DNA of 64,000 bases. Source: Tubulanus polymorphus (Eukaryota > Animalia > Nemertea). Location: positions 10,230,001 to 10,294,000 of the forward strand of contig NC_134028.1 of NCBI RefSeq assembly GCF_964204645.1, written 5' to 3'. Of the stretch, positions 38,815 through 50,898 are shown piece after piece; position 1 is the first letter of the stretch, and every line of letters starts with the position of its first letter. The notes under the pieces were generated by a model that worked only from the letters and a program-made list of their open reading frames with translations, was not told where the DNA came from and searched no databases. The position numbers and the translations under genes are program-made.

Positions 38815-40090
38815 AACATAAAATCAATATCATCATACTCGAAATCACTACTGGCTTCTTCATTTTCATTTAATTGTTCTTGTATAATTTGTTTAGGTTC
38901 TTCCATTTTATTTTTCTCATTTAAATAAAGTTCTATCTTGTACCACATTTCATCTCGCTCTCTTTGTTTCTTATTGTTTGTTAATTCGTAAAATGGAATT
39001 ATAATATCGATGTTCAAATAATTTACAATCTTATTTAAAAAGAATTCATAATTAATTGAATCTGTTATTCTATTTTCCAAATGATACATTAATATTTGTT
39101 TGAATATTTTTTTTACATTTTCCATATCTTTTTCTGTTAATTTAGGTTTTTCATAATAATCGTTAAATAATAAATATAAATACATTTTCTTTTGTTTTGT
39201 GTTAAATGTTGATGGAATAATTGTTTTTATAATATCTTTTTTAGTTATTTCACCATTTTTATTTTCTATTATTTTCATTTTTTCAAGCCATTGCATATAT
39301 TCTGGTGTATGATCTTCTATAGAAAATATTTTAAAAATTTCATCTAGATATCTAGATACCTAGATCCACATTCATTACAAAATAACACAGTACCTTCTTG
39401 TCTTAAGGTCGCATAACTACATTGTGGACATTTTCGTTTATAATTTATTGGTAATAGATCTTCATTAAGCTCTTGGTATTTTCTTACGTTTTCTTTATGT
39501 TTTATTGTTCTTTTATGTAGATTTGAATTACTTGTTGTAATAATCAATTTACAATATTTACAATAATATGTTTTTCTTGTTAATTCATTATATTGTTTTT
39601 CTAACTTTTCAACTGTTTCTTTATTATCTGGTTACGTTTTCTCATATTTTATTTTTTCTAATATATTATTTTTTCTTTCATTGAATTCAGTTTCAAATTT
39701 ATTAGAAATTTTATCTATATGTACTTTACGGAATTGATGATTCTCCCAATCTTCTATATTCTCGGGGCTATATTTTATTCGACAAGGCTCACAGAAATGA
39801 TCTTTTATACTATCCTTATCATAGAATAAGAAAGGTCTTTTCCAAATAATTTCAGGTTCAACTTAAACAGAATTACTATTACTTTCATTACTATCAACAT
39901 TAGCCGTTGCGCCATTAATTTTACACTTCTCTGAATGTTTTTTAACATAATTTCTTGAGAATAATTTATTACATTTTGGGCAGTTTAGTTTAGGGGGTTT
40001 ATAATTTTCATCATGTTTTTTCATATGTCTAGCCATATTACTTTTTCTTAGAAGTTCACCACAAATTTCACATGCTATCTTCTCATCCAT
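38811..40090 (-). pseudogene. Multi-zinc-finger protein fused to a VLTF3-like (poxvirus A2-like) late transcription factor domain
   Basis: ORFs 39863-40090 and 39344-39547 share one frame across in-frame stops (several CxxC/H fingers, then CPQC..CNECG). After a frameshift, 38811-39296 reads INYEFFLNKIVNYLN...ELTNNKKQRERDEMWYKI, resembling the VLTF3 C-terminal pattern. Confidence 0.72.
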
Positions 40091-40158
40091 TTATTAAGGA
40101 AAAATTTTATTAGAATTAATTTCTAGTGATGAGCGGTAATTTGTTTATGTTATAAATA

Positions 40159-40917
40159 ATGGTAGAATTAATAGAATACAATATATTTGTTGATTCTAGA
40201 AAACTTACAAATAATAAATCACATAATTTACTAGTTCAATTAGATAGAGAATTTAAGAATTGTGTTGATTCAAAATTAGTAAATATAAGTTTATGTAATT
40301 CTTTTTATAATATATCGGATAAAACTTTCGAACAAAGAGGTTTTGCAATTCATATGAGAAATAAAAATAAATGGTTTTATCTAATGTTAAAACCAAGATT
40401 ATATAATTTAGAAACATTAGCCCAAGAAATTAATCAGAAAGCACGATTAAAACTTGAAAGTGAAGATAAATTTTCAATTAGATTTATAAAAAGTGATAGT
40501 TCTGATAAAATTAATATAAATTTAGATGATGAAAGCAAACATGCATTTATGGTAAGGAAACCTTTAGCTAAACTGTTAGGAATTAAACCACAAACTGTTA
40601 CAGGAAACGTAGACGGTAATTCAAATATAATACATTTTACACATTTTTATATGTATTGTAATTTAATTGATCCTACAAAAACATTCGAAGCAACTAAAGA
40701 TATAACTTGTAATTCTGGTTTACTAAACATTTTACCATTGAAGAATGTTAAACAATTTGGAACGCAAATAAATTATAATTTAGCTGAATGTGATTTTAAA
40801 CCTTGCATTCCACATTTCAATAATCTTAAATTAGAAATTAGAAATCATAATGGTTATTTAATTGATTTGAATAATTTTCCTGTGATATATGAATTAGTTA
40901 TAAGATTTAGAGAGTAA
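40159..40917 (+). CDS. Minor capsid protein (penton)
   Basis: Intact 252 aa with IFVDS, SFYNI, YMYCNLI, LLNILP and LKLEIRNHNGYLIDL..VIYELVIRF, the pattern of Polinton pentons. Confidence 0.8.
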   Translation: MVELIEYNIFVDSRKLTNNKSHNLLVQLDREFKNCVDSKLVNISLCNSFYNISDKTFEQRGFAIHMRNKNKWFYLMLKPRLYNLETLAQEINQKARLKLESEDKFSIRFIKSDSSDKININLDDESKHAFMVRKPLAKLLGIKPQTVTGNVDGNSNIIHFTHFYMYCNLIDPTKTFEATKDITCNSGLLNILPLKNVKQFGTQINYNLAECDFKPCIPHFNNLKLEIRNHNGYLIDLNNFPVIYELVIRFRE

Positions 40918-40933
40918 TTTTTTCATTATATAA

Positions 40934-41287
40934 ATGAATATAACTGTTGGACCGAGTATATGTTTTGGATTTGATTTTAAACGTGAGAAAGAAATGAAAT
41001 TTAACATTAATGATGTAATTACACAAATCAAAAATATTGCATTTTCTAATGAAACAACATTTAAGTATGAAAAAACAATAGATAAAGAAACTTTTAATGT
41101 AGAAAAGATAACTAATTTAATTAGAGAATCTTTAAGATTTTATGAATTAGATGAAGATTTTATCATCGATGATATTAAAAAAATAATAATTGAAATATAT
41201 ACAAATAAAACTAGTAATGAAATAAATGTTGAATTAATCATATATAAGATAACTAAATATTTTGAAGATAGTAATTTTTTTGATTAA
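40934..41287 (+). CDS. Polinton hypothetical protein
   Basis: 117-aa ORF with TATAAATG start; homologous remnant at 63553-63810. Confidence 0.7.
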   Translation: MNITVGPSICFGFDFKREKEMKFNINDVITQIKNIAFSNETTFKYEKTIDKETFNVEKITNLIRESLRFYELDEDFIIDDIKKIIIEIYTNKTSNEINVELIIYKITKYFEDSNFFD

Positions 41288-41290
41288 TAA

Positions 41291-41512
41291 ATGAGTGATA
41301 ATAAGTGGATAATAACTGGATGATATAATGATGCCTTACTATCAGTTGGAACTGTTGGTTATTCAATGGTATTAAAAAAAGGATTTAAAATGGGAAGTGT
41401 TAATGTTGATAGATTTGATATCAATGATATCTTAAAATTAACATTAGCAGTTACTTTATCTAATTTAACTATTGATTATTTGGAAAAACAAAAATATATT
41501 CCTCCCATATAA
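41291..41512 (+). pseudogene. Small hydrophobic Polinton protein (73 aa, one TGA), absent from the ORF track
   Basis: TAAATG start; MSDNKWIITG*YNDALLSVGTVGYSMVLKK...KLTLAVTLSNLTIDYLEKQKYIPPI; conserved at 63361-63551. Confidence 0.7.
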
Positions 41513-41536
41513 ATGCATAATTATTTTACTAAATAA

Positions 41537-41959
41537 ATGGCTTCTGCAGTTATAACGATTATAGGATCGGCAATTGTAAACGCTTTAGCATTTACTGGTG
41601 GTGGTTATTTATTTAAACATATTGATAAAAATGGTTCATTAACAGAACAAGAAAGACATAACTTAGCATTAGAGAAATACAATAAAGCAGCAGAAGAATA
41701 CAGAGAAAAGAGGCAAAACTATATGGATTATATTAACAAGGAATTATATGATCAGAAGATTTCACATAGAGATTTTCAATCAGTTGATGATGCAATGAGT
41801 TTATATAACGCAGTAAGCAATAAAGAAAAATTACATCTACATAAACCTAAATTATCAGATTATTATACCCCGAGTAAAGAACAACAGAAATATGAAATAA
41901 TGTGGATTTTAGGTGGAACAGTTGTTGTTATATTTGTAGCATATAAATTTACTAATTAG
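41537..41959 (+). CDS. Polinton membrane protein (hydrophobic N-terminus, coiled coil, C-terminal TM)
   Basis: 140-aa ORF, also intact in copy 3 (62911-63336). Confidence 0.82.
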   Translation: MASAVITIIGSAIVNALAFTGGGYLFKHIDKNGSLTEQERHNLALEKYNKAAEEYREKRQNYMDYINKELYDQKISHRDFQSVDDAMSLYNAVSNKEKLHLHKPKLSDYYTPSKEQQKYEIMWILGGTVVVIFVAYKFTN

Positions 41960-41978
41960 TAATTTTTTTTCTAAATAA

Positions 41979-42413
41979 ATGGAAGATAAAGTTGATAGTA
42001 TTGATATTATTCCTCATGATATAAATAAAACTAAATTAAAAATATATTTCGAAAAACAAATATTAGAATTCGAAAATGATTTAAAAGTTAAAAAGAAAAA
42101 ATATTTAAAAAGTAAAATTATATATTATTTGATTATTAGTGGTTCGGTTACAATTAGTTCTGTAATAACATTTCTAGCAATATTCAGTCCATTAACACCT
42201 TTAGCTATATCAATTGGTGTATTAGGATTAAGTTCAAGTGTTTTAACTGGTATAAGTTCAAAATTAAATATAAAAAGTAATAAAGAAAAAATTAAAACTA
42301 ATATAAAAGAAATTAATAAATTAAAAAATACACTAGATTACATTATAAGTTTAAATGGTCATATAACAGTTGAAGAACAAGATAAATTATTAAAAGAATT
42401 AATAAATTATTAA
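41979..42413 (+). CDS. Polinton two-TM membrane protein
   Basis: 144 aa with two adjacent hydrophobic helices; homolog at 62550-62894. Confidence 0.8.
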   Translation: MEDKVDSIDIIPHDINKTKLKIYFEKQILEFENDLKVKKKKYLKSKIIYYLIISGSVTISSVITFLAIFSPLTPLAISIGVLGLSSSVLTGISSKLNIKSNKEKIKTNIKEINKLKNTLDYIISLNGHITVEEQDKLLKELINY

Positions 42414-42429
42414 TTTTTTAATTATATAA

Positions 42430-45400
42430 ATGGCAGATAGTTTTCCAAAAGCTTTCCAATATAATAAATCAACTAAATATAATATTCCTGCAATAGATTT
42501 TAATAAAGATATTACATATAGAAATGAAGTTTTAAATTCATTAATTGATTTATATATTTATGTTACTGAAAGTAATAATTTTCATGTAAAGATGGAAAAT
42601 ATATTTCATGTGTATACAATGGTTATTAAAATCTAATATGAAGTATTGGCAGAACCAATTAAATTTTGCTGTTTATGGCGCAACAACAGGATGTGGAATT
42701 AGTTGGAATGGTCATTTAAACAAACCAAGTTTACCATTGATGTTATCACTTTTTAGATTTCATACATATTTTCAAATAAAATTAATATTAGATGAATTAG
42801 AATGTCCTTTACCAGGTTCAAAATATTTTAAAGAATTGAATAATAATATTAATTCTTCTAAGTTTTATAAAATATGTAATGAATTTAATATTAATTCAAA
42901 TAAAGATTTTAGAGCAAAAATTGGAACAATGGGTGGATTAGGAATATTATATACTAAAGAATTTGGAAAAATAATGACAAATTCAGATATAAGAACACTA
43001 AATTGGAATGAATTACCAAAATATTATAATAATATACAACAACAAAACAATAATGGTTGGGTTAATTTCATTTTAGAAAATAGTGAAGTTTTTACTAAAG
43101 CTGGAATACAAAGAATAAATCAATCTATTAGAACTTATTTAATTTGTATTTTAGGTGCGCAAGTGAAAGGCTGAATCCAAGAACATGTCTATCTCACTTT
43201 TGAGCCCAAACGTCTACTTTTACTTAGTAGCCACTTGAGAACAATAAGCAATTAACGATATCAGCTACTTTTCCAGTAGTATACATTTCAAAACAGTCAC
43301 TCTGGAATAGTATTCCTTTCAATTCGGTTGGTTTTCTATAGTGGCTGTTTCGAAGAGTCTACTATTGAAAAGTGACCATTTTGAAACATCTGGTTTCGAT
43401 AGTGCACACTAGCAGTAGAGGTGACTGTAAAACCACCCGCCTGTTAACAGTGACTTTGTGATAGTAACTCCTACCATAGCAGCTACTCTCAAAACACATC
43501 GTTTCTAAAAGTCAACTATTGAAAAGTGACCATTTTGAGATCGCTTGCCAGATTCCCTGTTATAAATACACTGTAGCAACATATGCTTCAGATTTGCAGT
43601 GATACGTGACAATATAAACATACTGAGAAACTCTACTCACGCTATAGTTTGGGGTATAGTTCTATTAAAGAGTGACTCAGTTGAGATCTGAAGATATTGT
43701 AGATACTATCTTTCAGGATGTGAAATGTAATGAGCGATTCCCAACTCTCAATTGGATTTAAATTTGTTTACAAATTGTCAATAGTTATGTAGTTTTAAGA
43801 TAAATCAAAATTTCCTTCTTTTCATGGCGATGTAATTGAATAAAGAATTCAATTTGAACAAATGCAGCTATTTTCAAGCATAGGTCTGCATTTCTTTTTG
43901 ATTTAAATTCTTAGATTAAAAGCGCAAAAATTCAGGTTAACCTCTCATTATTGAAATGGTGGTTTATCTTCAACGGGGGCCTGGATGTCTTTGCATCTTA
44001 AATTAAGATGTTCATTTTGGAGTGTTTGAATTTCCCTGAATTCTAATTTTGCGAAATCATTGATTTTTTTCAAACAAAATATGCTATACCCATGTGGATT
44101 TTTAACATTCTAAAGAAATCATCTAAATTGTGCCCATATTTGATCGAATTTAATAGAAGAAACTGTATGGTATTCAAGATTTCATTTGGATTACGGTAAC
44201 GGCCTTTGGTGATCGTCCCTGGGGTCATGAATGAAGAAATCCCGTAATAAAATTTTAAATATGATAAAATTTGTTAAGGTGAAACCGCAACGTTTTGACT
44301 GTAGACTAACAGCCATCATCAGGGGGAATGTAGACATTCTAGTGATAAGGGCTTTTAGTAAGATGGCTGTCAGACAACAGCTGAAACGTTGTGGTTTAAC
44401 TATAATAAATTTCATGATACAAAATTCTATTGTGAAATTTCTTCATTTGTCTACAGTTAACACGCTTTAGAGTATTTTATTCAACTTCTTCGGGTCCTGT
44501 AGCCGTTTAGATCGAGAATTATTTACTAATCGGCAAAGAAGGGATATAAAACCGTGTTGGTCGCTATGAGAGGGATTCTCTGTATATCTGCACCTTAAAC
44601 CGGTACCTTTGTTAGTTCTAGCCCACATTCGCTTCCAAATTCAAGTATTGGTAACGTTGGTTTACGATAATTTGAGAAAAAGAGTTTAGTTGGAGAAAAC
44701 TGATAATTCAGTTAATGAGTTAACTGATAATCTTATAATTCAGCGATCATTGGTTCATCGATTCAGCGAAGTTCAAACACCGTACATTTTGGCATGTTAT
44801 TGTATTGGCACCTTGAAATAAAGTTTCATAGAGATATTGCGGTGCTAAGTTTATCAATATTAAGAGGTAATTACTTTTGGTTTGTGGTCTTTTGGTGGCA
44901 AATGCAGTTTGTTCATTCGTTCATCAATCACTGTCTAGTTAGCCAGTGTAATTGACCTGCTGACCGATAGCTGCTGCTGAGTTTTTGATAACCTATATAA
45001 ACAATTTACTCAACAAAGTGGGAAAGTATGTGAAACTAGATTTACAGCATATTGCATTTCTTTCACATCTTAAGCCAAAAGAAGTTTTCTCTATCAAATG
45101 AAATTGCTGACTTCAAAATTACGTGAACATCTCAACACTGCACTTTTATACGCTAATCGTTTGATCTTTTATAATAAGTTGGTAATTTCATTTCAACCAA
45201 ACTGTATAACTACGAAATAAGATTTTGATTATGGTATCATTTCTAGCAAGCGATAAAATGATTCAATATTCATTAACGAACAAGCAGAGAACAGCGTGAC
45301 AAAGTGAACATCACATGGATTATTCAAAAATCGTTTGTATCGAAATAAACAATTAATTCAAGGTTAATTCTAAGTATTTTAGATACATTTTTTTTCGTAA

Positions 45401-46776
45401 TTCAATTTTTGAACATATGATTTTATTTGTATATTCCTCTCTCATATACCCTTAAAAACAAATTAAGCCTAAAAGACAAATTTATTTTTTTGTCTTATCT
45501 TTCTTTTCTACAAAATCAAAGATTTATGAACGCACCAGAATGTTTTATAATCGCAAATGTAAAGAATTCTAGGACTGGCACTATATTTTAGTATTAATGG
45601 ATTTAATCCATGATGATGTTATATGAATGAATAGTTTTCCATTTTGTTGAGCGTAATATAATTTAGGGGATTCTTAGCATCTCAAAAACTTTGATTTTCT
45701 GTTCACAGAACTGTATTCAAAGCATACAGAGTTCTGTACACAAAGCATATAGGGTTTAACAGTACCTTTAAACCTGTCACGTATCACTGCAAACCTTTAA
45801 CAGATGCTGCTATTTTGAACAGGAAATAACCATGCCATCTCAAAATGGTCACTTTTCAATAGTTGACTTTTAGAAACGATGTGTTTTGAGAGTAGCTGCT
45901 ATGGTAGGAGTTACTATCACTAAGTCACTGTTAACAGGCGAGTGGTTTTACAGTCACCTCTACTGCTAGTGTGCACTGTCGAAACCAGATGTTTCAAAAT
46001 GGTCACTTTTCAATAGTAGACTCTTAGAAACAGCCACTATAGAAAACCAACTAAATTGAAAAGAATACTATTTCAGAGTGACTGTTTTGAAATGTATACT
46101 ACTGGAAAAGTAGCTGATATCGTTAATTGCTTATTGTTCTCAAGTGGCTACTAAGTAAAAGTAGACGTTTGGGCTCAAAAGTGAGATAGACATGTTCTTG
46201 GATTCAGCCTTTCAAGTTGAAACAAGATCCCCAATAATTGGAAATGATAACACTTCATTCGATGCGCAGAAACAATTCAAAGTATTATTTGAAGATTCAA
46301 TTCATAATGATAAAAATAGATCGATTCCAGAAAACATTGTAAGATATCAAAATTATTTAGATAAATCACATATTAGATTAAATTATTGTATAGTCCCTAA
46401 TCTATTAATTATTTCTAATGGTTTAGTATTAAAGATGGGAAACATAATTGGTTATAATAATCTAATTAAAACTGCACCAATAAATAATTCATTTGGATTA
46501 AATGATATAAATAAAAAGATTATCACTGCTCCAAAATTAATGGAAGGTGAAAAAAATAAAAAACATATTCAATCAACAGAAACTAAAACTAAGAATATTA
46601 AATTAAATAATGATTCTAAAATAAAAGATTACAATACTACAGAAAATATTAAAACTGATAATATTCAACATGATATAATTAAAACTGATAATGATAATAA
46701 ATTCCATGAAAATACTAAATTAGCTTTAACTTGTATAGGAATTGTTATAGGAGGAATATTATATTTAAAATTTTAA
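42430..46776 (+). pseudogene. Conserved Polinton protein (~430 aa, C-terminal TM) split by a transposon
   Basis: 42430-43164 joined to 46218-46776 reconstructs the copy-3 gene 61155-62444 (ILGAQV|ETRSPII). Confidence 0.88.
43165..46213. mobile_element. Non-autonomous DNA transposon, 3049 bp, ~370-450-bp TIRs, 4-bp TSD (possibly Sola-like)
   Basis: Termini GAAAGGCTGAATCC / GGATTCAGCCTTTC; TSD AAGT (43161-43164 / 46214-46217), confirmed by the empty site in copy 3; no transposase ORF. Confidence 0.9.
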
Positions 46777-46792
46777 TTTTTTTATTATATAA

Positions 46793-47546
46793 ATGGATGT
46801 AGAAGGTGGAGAAGATATTGGAATCCAATTGAAAAACTTTTACCGAATGGATTAATTGATGCAACAGATCAAGAATTAGAAGATTTAGATATATTTTCTG
46901 ATAAAGCAATTAGAGAAATTGAAAGTATAAGACATGCATCTGATAAAATTGCGCATGATAAAAGTATAAGAGATTTTAAAATTAGAACTTTAGAAAAAGA
47001 ATTAACTGATAAAAATAAAGAAATAGAACAATTCAAGTCTGATTTAGATCATATGATTATAATATTAATAGATTAAAAGTTATTTTTAAAGATTTATTGA
47101 TAAAACCAAATTCTGAAATATCGTTAAAAGATAGAATAAAGTTATTATTTAAATTAGAAGGAATAACAATTCTTTCAATTCTAACAGCTGTTACTATGTT
47201 ATTTACAACAATTGGTTTAGCAATATCAAATTCTTTGAAATCTTCTCCTATTCCCAATAAACCGGATAAACCCCCGAATGATAATAATTCTATACAAGAT
47301 AAAGTTAAAGATGGGTTAAAGAAATTAGCAAAATATTTATGGGAACTATCTAAAAAATCTGCTGCAGCTTTACCAGGAATTATTGCATCAATTGTTGGTT
47401 TTATATTGAAATCTGCAGGTAATATTCTTAACTTTGCTGCTGAACATATTATTTTATTTTTAATTACAGTTGTAAGTGCTATTATTTTTGGGTTAGTGAA
47501 TATGATATCAAAAAGATATCAAGAAAAAATAATAAAAAATAAATAA
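46793..47546 (+). pseudogene. Polinton coiled-coil, multi-TM protein, internally deleted in this copy
   Basis: TAAATG start MDVEGGEDIG joins directly to sequence found ~600 bp further into the copy-3 gene; C-terminal hydrophobic helices in ORF 47097-47546. Confidence 0.8.
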
Positions 47547-47566
47547 TTAATTTTTTTGTTAAATAA

Positions 47567-48827
47567 ATTAGTGGGAGTTATATAAGTCCTTCTAAGATTT
47601 CTAGAATATCTAATGCTATTAAAGCAGAAAGATCACATCATATAATTACACATAATCCTTCAAATATTAATCCCGATGAAACTTTATATGTAAGAATTCC
47701 TAGATTAACACAAAATACTTTTTATGTTCCAAATAGTATTTATTTATCAGCTGATATAAAGATATAAAAGTAATTGGTCATGATAATAATTATGTTGTTG
47801 ATAATGTTGGGAGATATTTGATTAAAAAATTAACTATAAAGAAAGATTGGTCCAGAAACAGTTTTCTCATTCGATGATTATAATTTATTTATGCATCATA
47901 AAGATTTATGGTTAACTAAAGGAAATAGAAATAATATGATATTTCAGGGTATTCAATCGGAAAACCATAATAAATTAAGATCTGAAGCCAATAATGGAGT
48001 AGTAACTAGTGCCGCAGATAATTTGATAAAAAAGATTTATGGAAGCAAATATAAAATTCCATTAGACTTTGAATTGATAAATAATAATGCACCTTTATAT
48101 AAATATGTAATTCAAGAACATATTATATTTGAGATAACATTTGCTCCTGTAAATGAAATTGTATTATCTTGCGTTGTTAAAGATATGGGTTATAAATTAT
48201 CAAATATATGTTTAGAATATGACACAGTAACTAATGAAAATATTGCTAGCACAATTCAAACTCAATACAATCAAGGATTTTCATTATTATATGATTATAT
48301 TGATAAATTTAAAACTGTAACTATTAATGCAAATGATGAAATAATTAATGAGAATATTAACTTCCCAAGAAGATCTATTAAAGGTATATTAATATTTTTT
48401 ACCATTGCAACATATTCTAATGGTGCAATAAAGGTAGATAATTATTATAATCCTGAAATAACAAAAGTAGAAATAACTATCGAAGGAATAGCAAATAAAA
48501 TATTTTGTCAAGGAATGAGAATGATAGATCAATGGCCAGAAATTAGAAAACATTTTATGAATGAAAAAAGTAAAATCATTTGAAAATTGTAATATTAATC
48601 AAATTGATTATTATACCGGCAATAAATATGCATTATGGTTAGATTTTAGAACAACAGAGGATAATTCATTACATGGTTCTGGGAAAAAACTACAGAACAC
48701 TAAGGATGGAATACAATTATTCATGAAAAAGAAAAAAAGAAGCTTAAATTTTAAAATGCATATTTATATTATATCTGACGCACAATTAAATATTGTAAAT
48801 TCACAATTAGATAGTATTCAATATTAG
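47567..48827 (+). pseudogene. Major capsid protein (double jelly-roll), start codon mutated and frameshifted
   Basis: Homolog of the 415-codon copy-3 gene; size, beta-rich character and position before integrase and ATPase fit an MCP. Confidence 0.75.
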
Positions 48828-48857
48828 AAATATAAAGTTAAAATTAACGATGTATAA

Positions 48858-49985
48858 ATGGGTGGTAAAAAAACTCCTAATACTAAAGAACAATATTTAA
48901 GAAATTTATATTACAACCCTGAGAGTTCGGTTGCTTATTCTTCTACCAAAAATATATGGCGTCAAGTAAAACAAGATAAATTAGATAAGATAATCCCACA
49001 AAATTTAGTTAAATATAAAGATATAAATGAATTTATGTTAGAACAACCAACATACACAACACATAAAAAAATTGTTAGAAAATATAAAACTCGTAAAACT
49101 ATGGTAAGTTATGTAGATCAACAGTGGCAAGGAGATTTAATTGATATGAAAAATGTTAAGAAAGATAATAATGATTATTGGTGGTTATTGAATATAATTG
49201 ATATTTTTAGTCGTTATGTATGGAGTTTCCCACTTTATAGAAAAGATGCTGTACAAACATCAAATGTTTTAAGAAAATTTCTTTCGGATGATAAACTAAA
49301 ACCAGAAAAAATACAATTTGATGACGGAAAAGAGTTTGATAATTCACTTGTTCATGAACTCTTAGATAATCATAATATTAAATATTTTTCAACAAAATCG
49401 GATAAGAAAGCAGCAGTTGTTGAACGATTTAATAGAACATTAAGAACAAGAATGTGGAAATATTTTACAGCAAATAATACTTTTAAATGGATTGATGTTT
49501 TAGCAAAATTGATAGAAGGATATAATAATTCTTATCATTCTTCTATTGGAATGAAACCTATTGATGCTAGAAAACCTGAAAATGCTGAAATTGTTTGGAA
49601 TAATTTATATGGAGCATTTCTTGTAGGTGATTTTGGTGAACCTAAATTTAAAGTTGGTCAAAATGTTAGAATTTCTAAGTATAAAAAGATATTTGACAAG
49701 GGATACGATATAAATTTTACTACAGAAATATATAAAATAAAAAAGGTAATAACAACAAAACCATATGTCTATAAATTAGAAGATTTAGATGGTGAAGAAG
49801 TTGATGGCTACTTTTACGAAGAAGAATTAAGTTTAACTACAGAAAATCTAGAACAAGAATATAAAATTGAAAAAGTATTAAAAACAAAAACTATAAATAG
49901 AAAAAAATATTCTTTAGTAAAATGGGTTGGATGACCAGATAAATTCAATGAATGGATATTGTCAAGTAAAATTAAAAATATATAA
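48858..49985 (+). pseudogene. Retroviral-type (rve) integrase with C-terminal chromodomain; TGA at 49932 truncates the chromodomain
   Basis: WQGDLIDM, IDIFSRY, IQFDDGKEF, VVERFNRTL, YHSSIGMKP and YKIEKVLK...LVKWVG. Confidence 0.95.
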
Positions 49986-50594
49986 ATGAATAAGGAATTA
50001 TTTATATTTGAACCTCATAATATGTTAATTTCTGGCGTAACAAATTGTGGAAAAACTTATTTTATATTAAATTTATTAGAAACTGTTTATGAAAACTATT
50101 TTGATAATATAGTATTATTTTGTCCAACATATGAATTTAATCAAACTTATGATAGAAATATTACTAGAAATAATAAATTTATTATATTAGATCCTAAAAC
50201 AGTAAAAGAAAATTTAGATAATTGTATAAAAATAGCAATTGATATTTATAAAGGATCAAATACATTATTTATCATAGATGATTGCGCAAATTTACATGAT
50301 TCAAACGTTAGAGAAAGTGAGTTATGCTATTTAGCTTTTTCTGGCAGATATTTTGGGATAACAACTTGGGTTTTAAATCAAAAATATAATTCAATTGTTA
50401 ATGACTTTAGAGAAAACATTAGATTTCTAGTTTTATTCTACAATAAAGATAGAAAATCGATGAAAAATGCGCTTGAAGAAAATGATATTATTCCGCATGA
50501 TTTACATAATGAATATATGGATAAGTTGAAAAATATTAAAAGATCAAAATTACTATTTAGATTACAACACCCATTTAAATATGAATTTATTTAA
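49986..50594 (+). CDS. A32/FtsK-like genome packaging ATPase
   Basis: Walker A GVTNCGKT, Walker B FIIDDC, and the GR.FGIT..LNQ motif. Confidence 0.92.
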   Translation: MNKELFIFEPHNMLISGVTNCGKTYFILNLLETVYENYFDNIVLFCPTYEFNQTYDRNITRNNKFIILDPKTVKENLDNCIKIAIDIYKGSNTLFIIDDCANLHDSNVRESELCYLAFSGRYFGITTWVLNQKYNSIVNDFRENIRFLVLFYNKDRKSMKNALEENDIIPHDLHNEYMDKLKNIKRSKLLFRLQHPFKYEFI

Positions 50595-50595
50595 A

Positions 50596-50870
50596 TTCAA
50601 CTAGCTTGTTAATCTATTACATATTTAGTTACATTCTAGTTGAATTCTAGTTATTAGTAGTTGGAACAAAAATCAACTAGATTTGACAATATTTTAACTA
50701 GCTTGTTAATCTAGTATATTTTTAGTTACATTCTAGTTGAATTCTAGTTATTACTAGTTGGAACAAAAATCAACTAGATTTAACAAGAAATAAATAAAAA
50801 CAGCAATATTTCAACTAGCTTGTTAATCTAGTTGAATTCTAGTTGCATTCTAGTTGAATTCTAGTTGCAA
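50596..50870. repeat. CTAG-rich short-period direct and inverted repeat block
   Basis: Repeated ~11-bp ctagttgaatt / ctagttacatt units with inverted aactag units; also at 1-130 and 55280-55463. Confidence 0.9.
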
Positions 50871-50898
50871 CAACACAACTAATTTATTTGTTATATAC

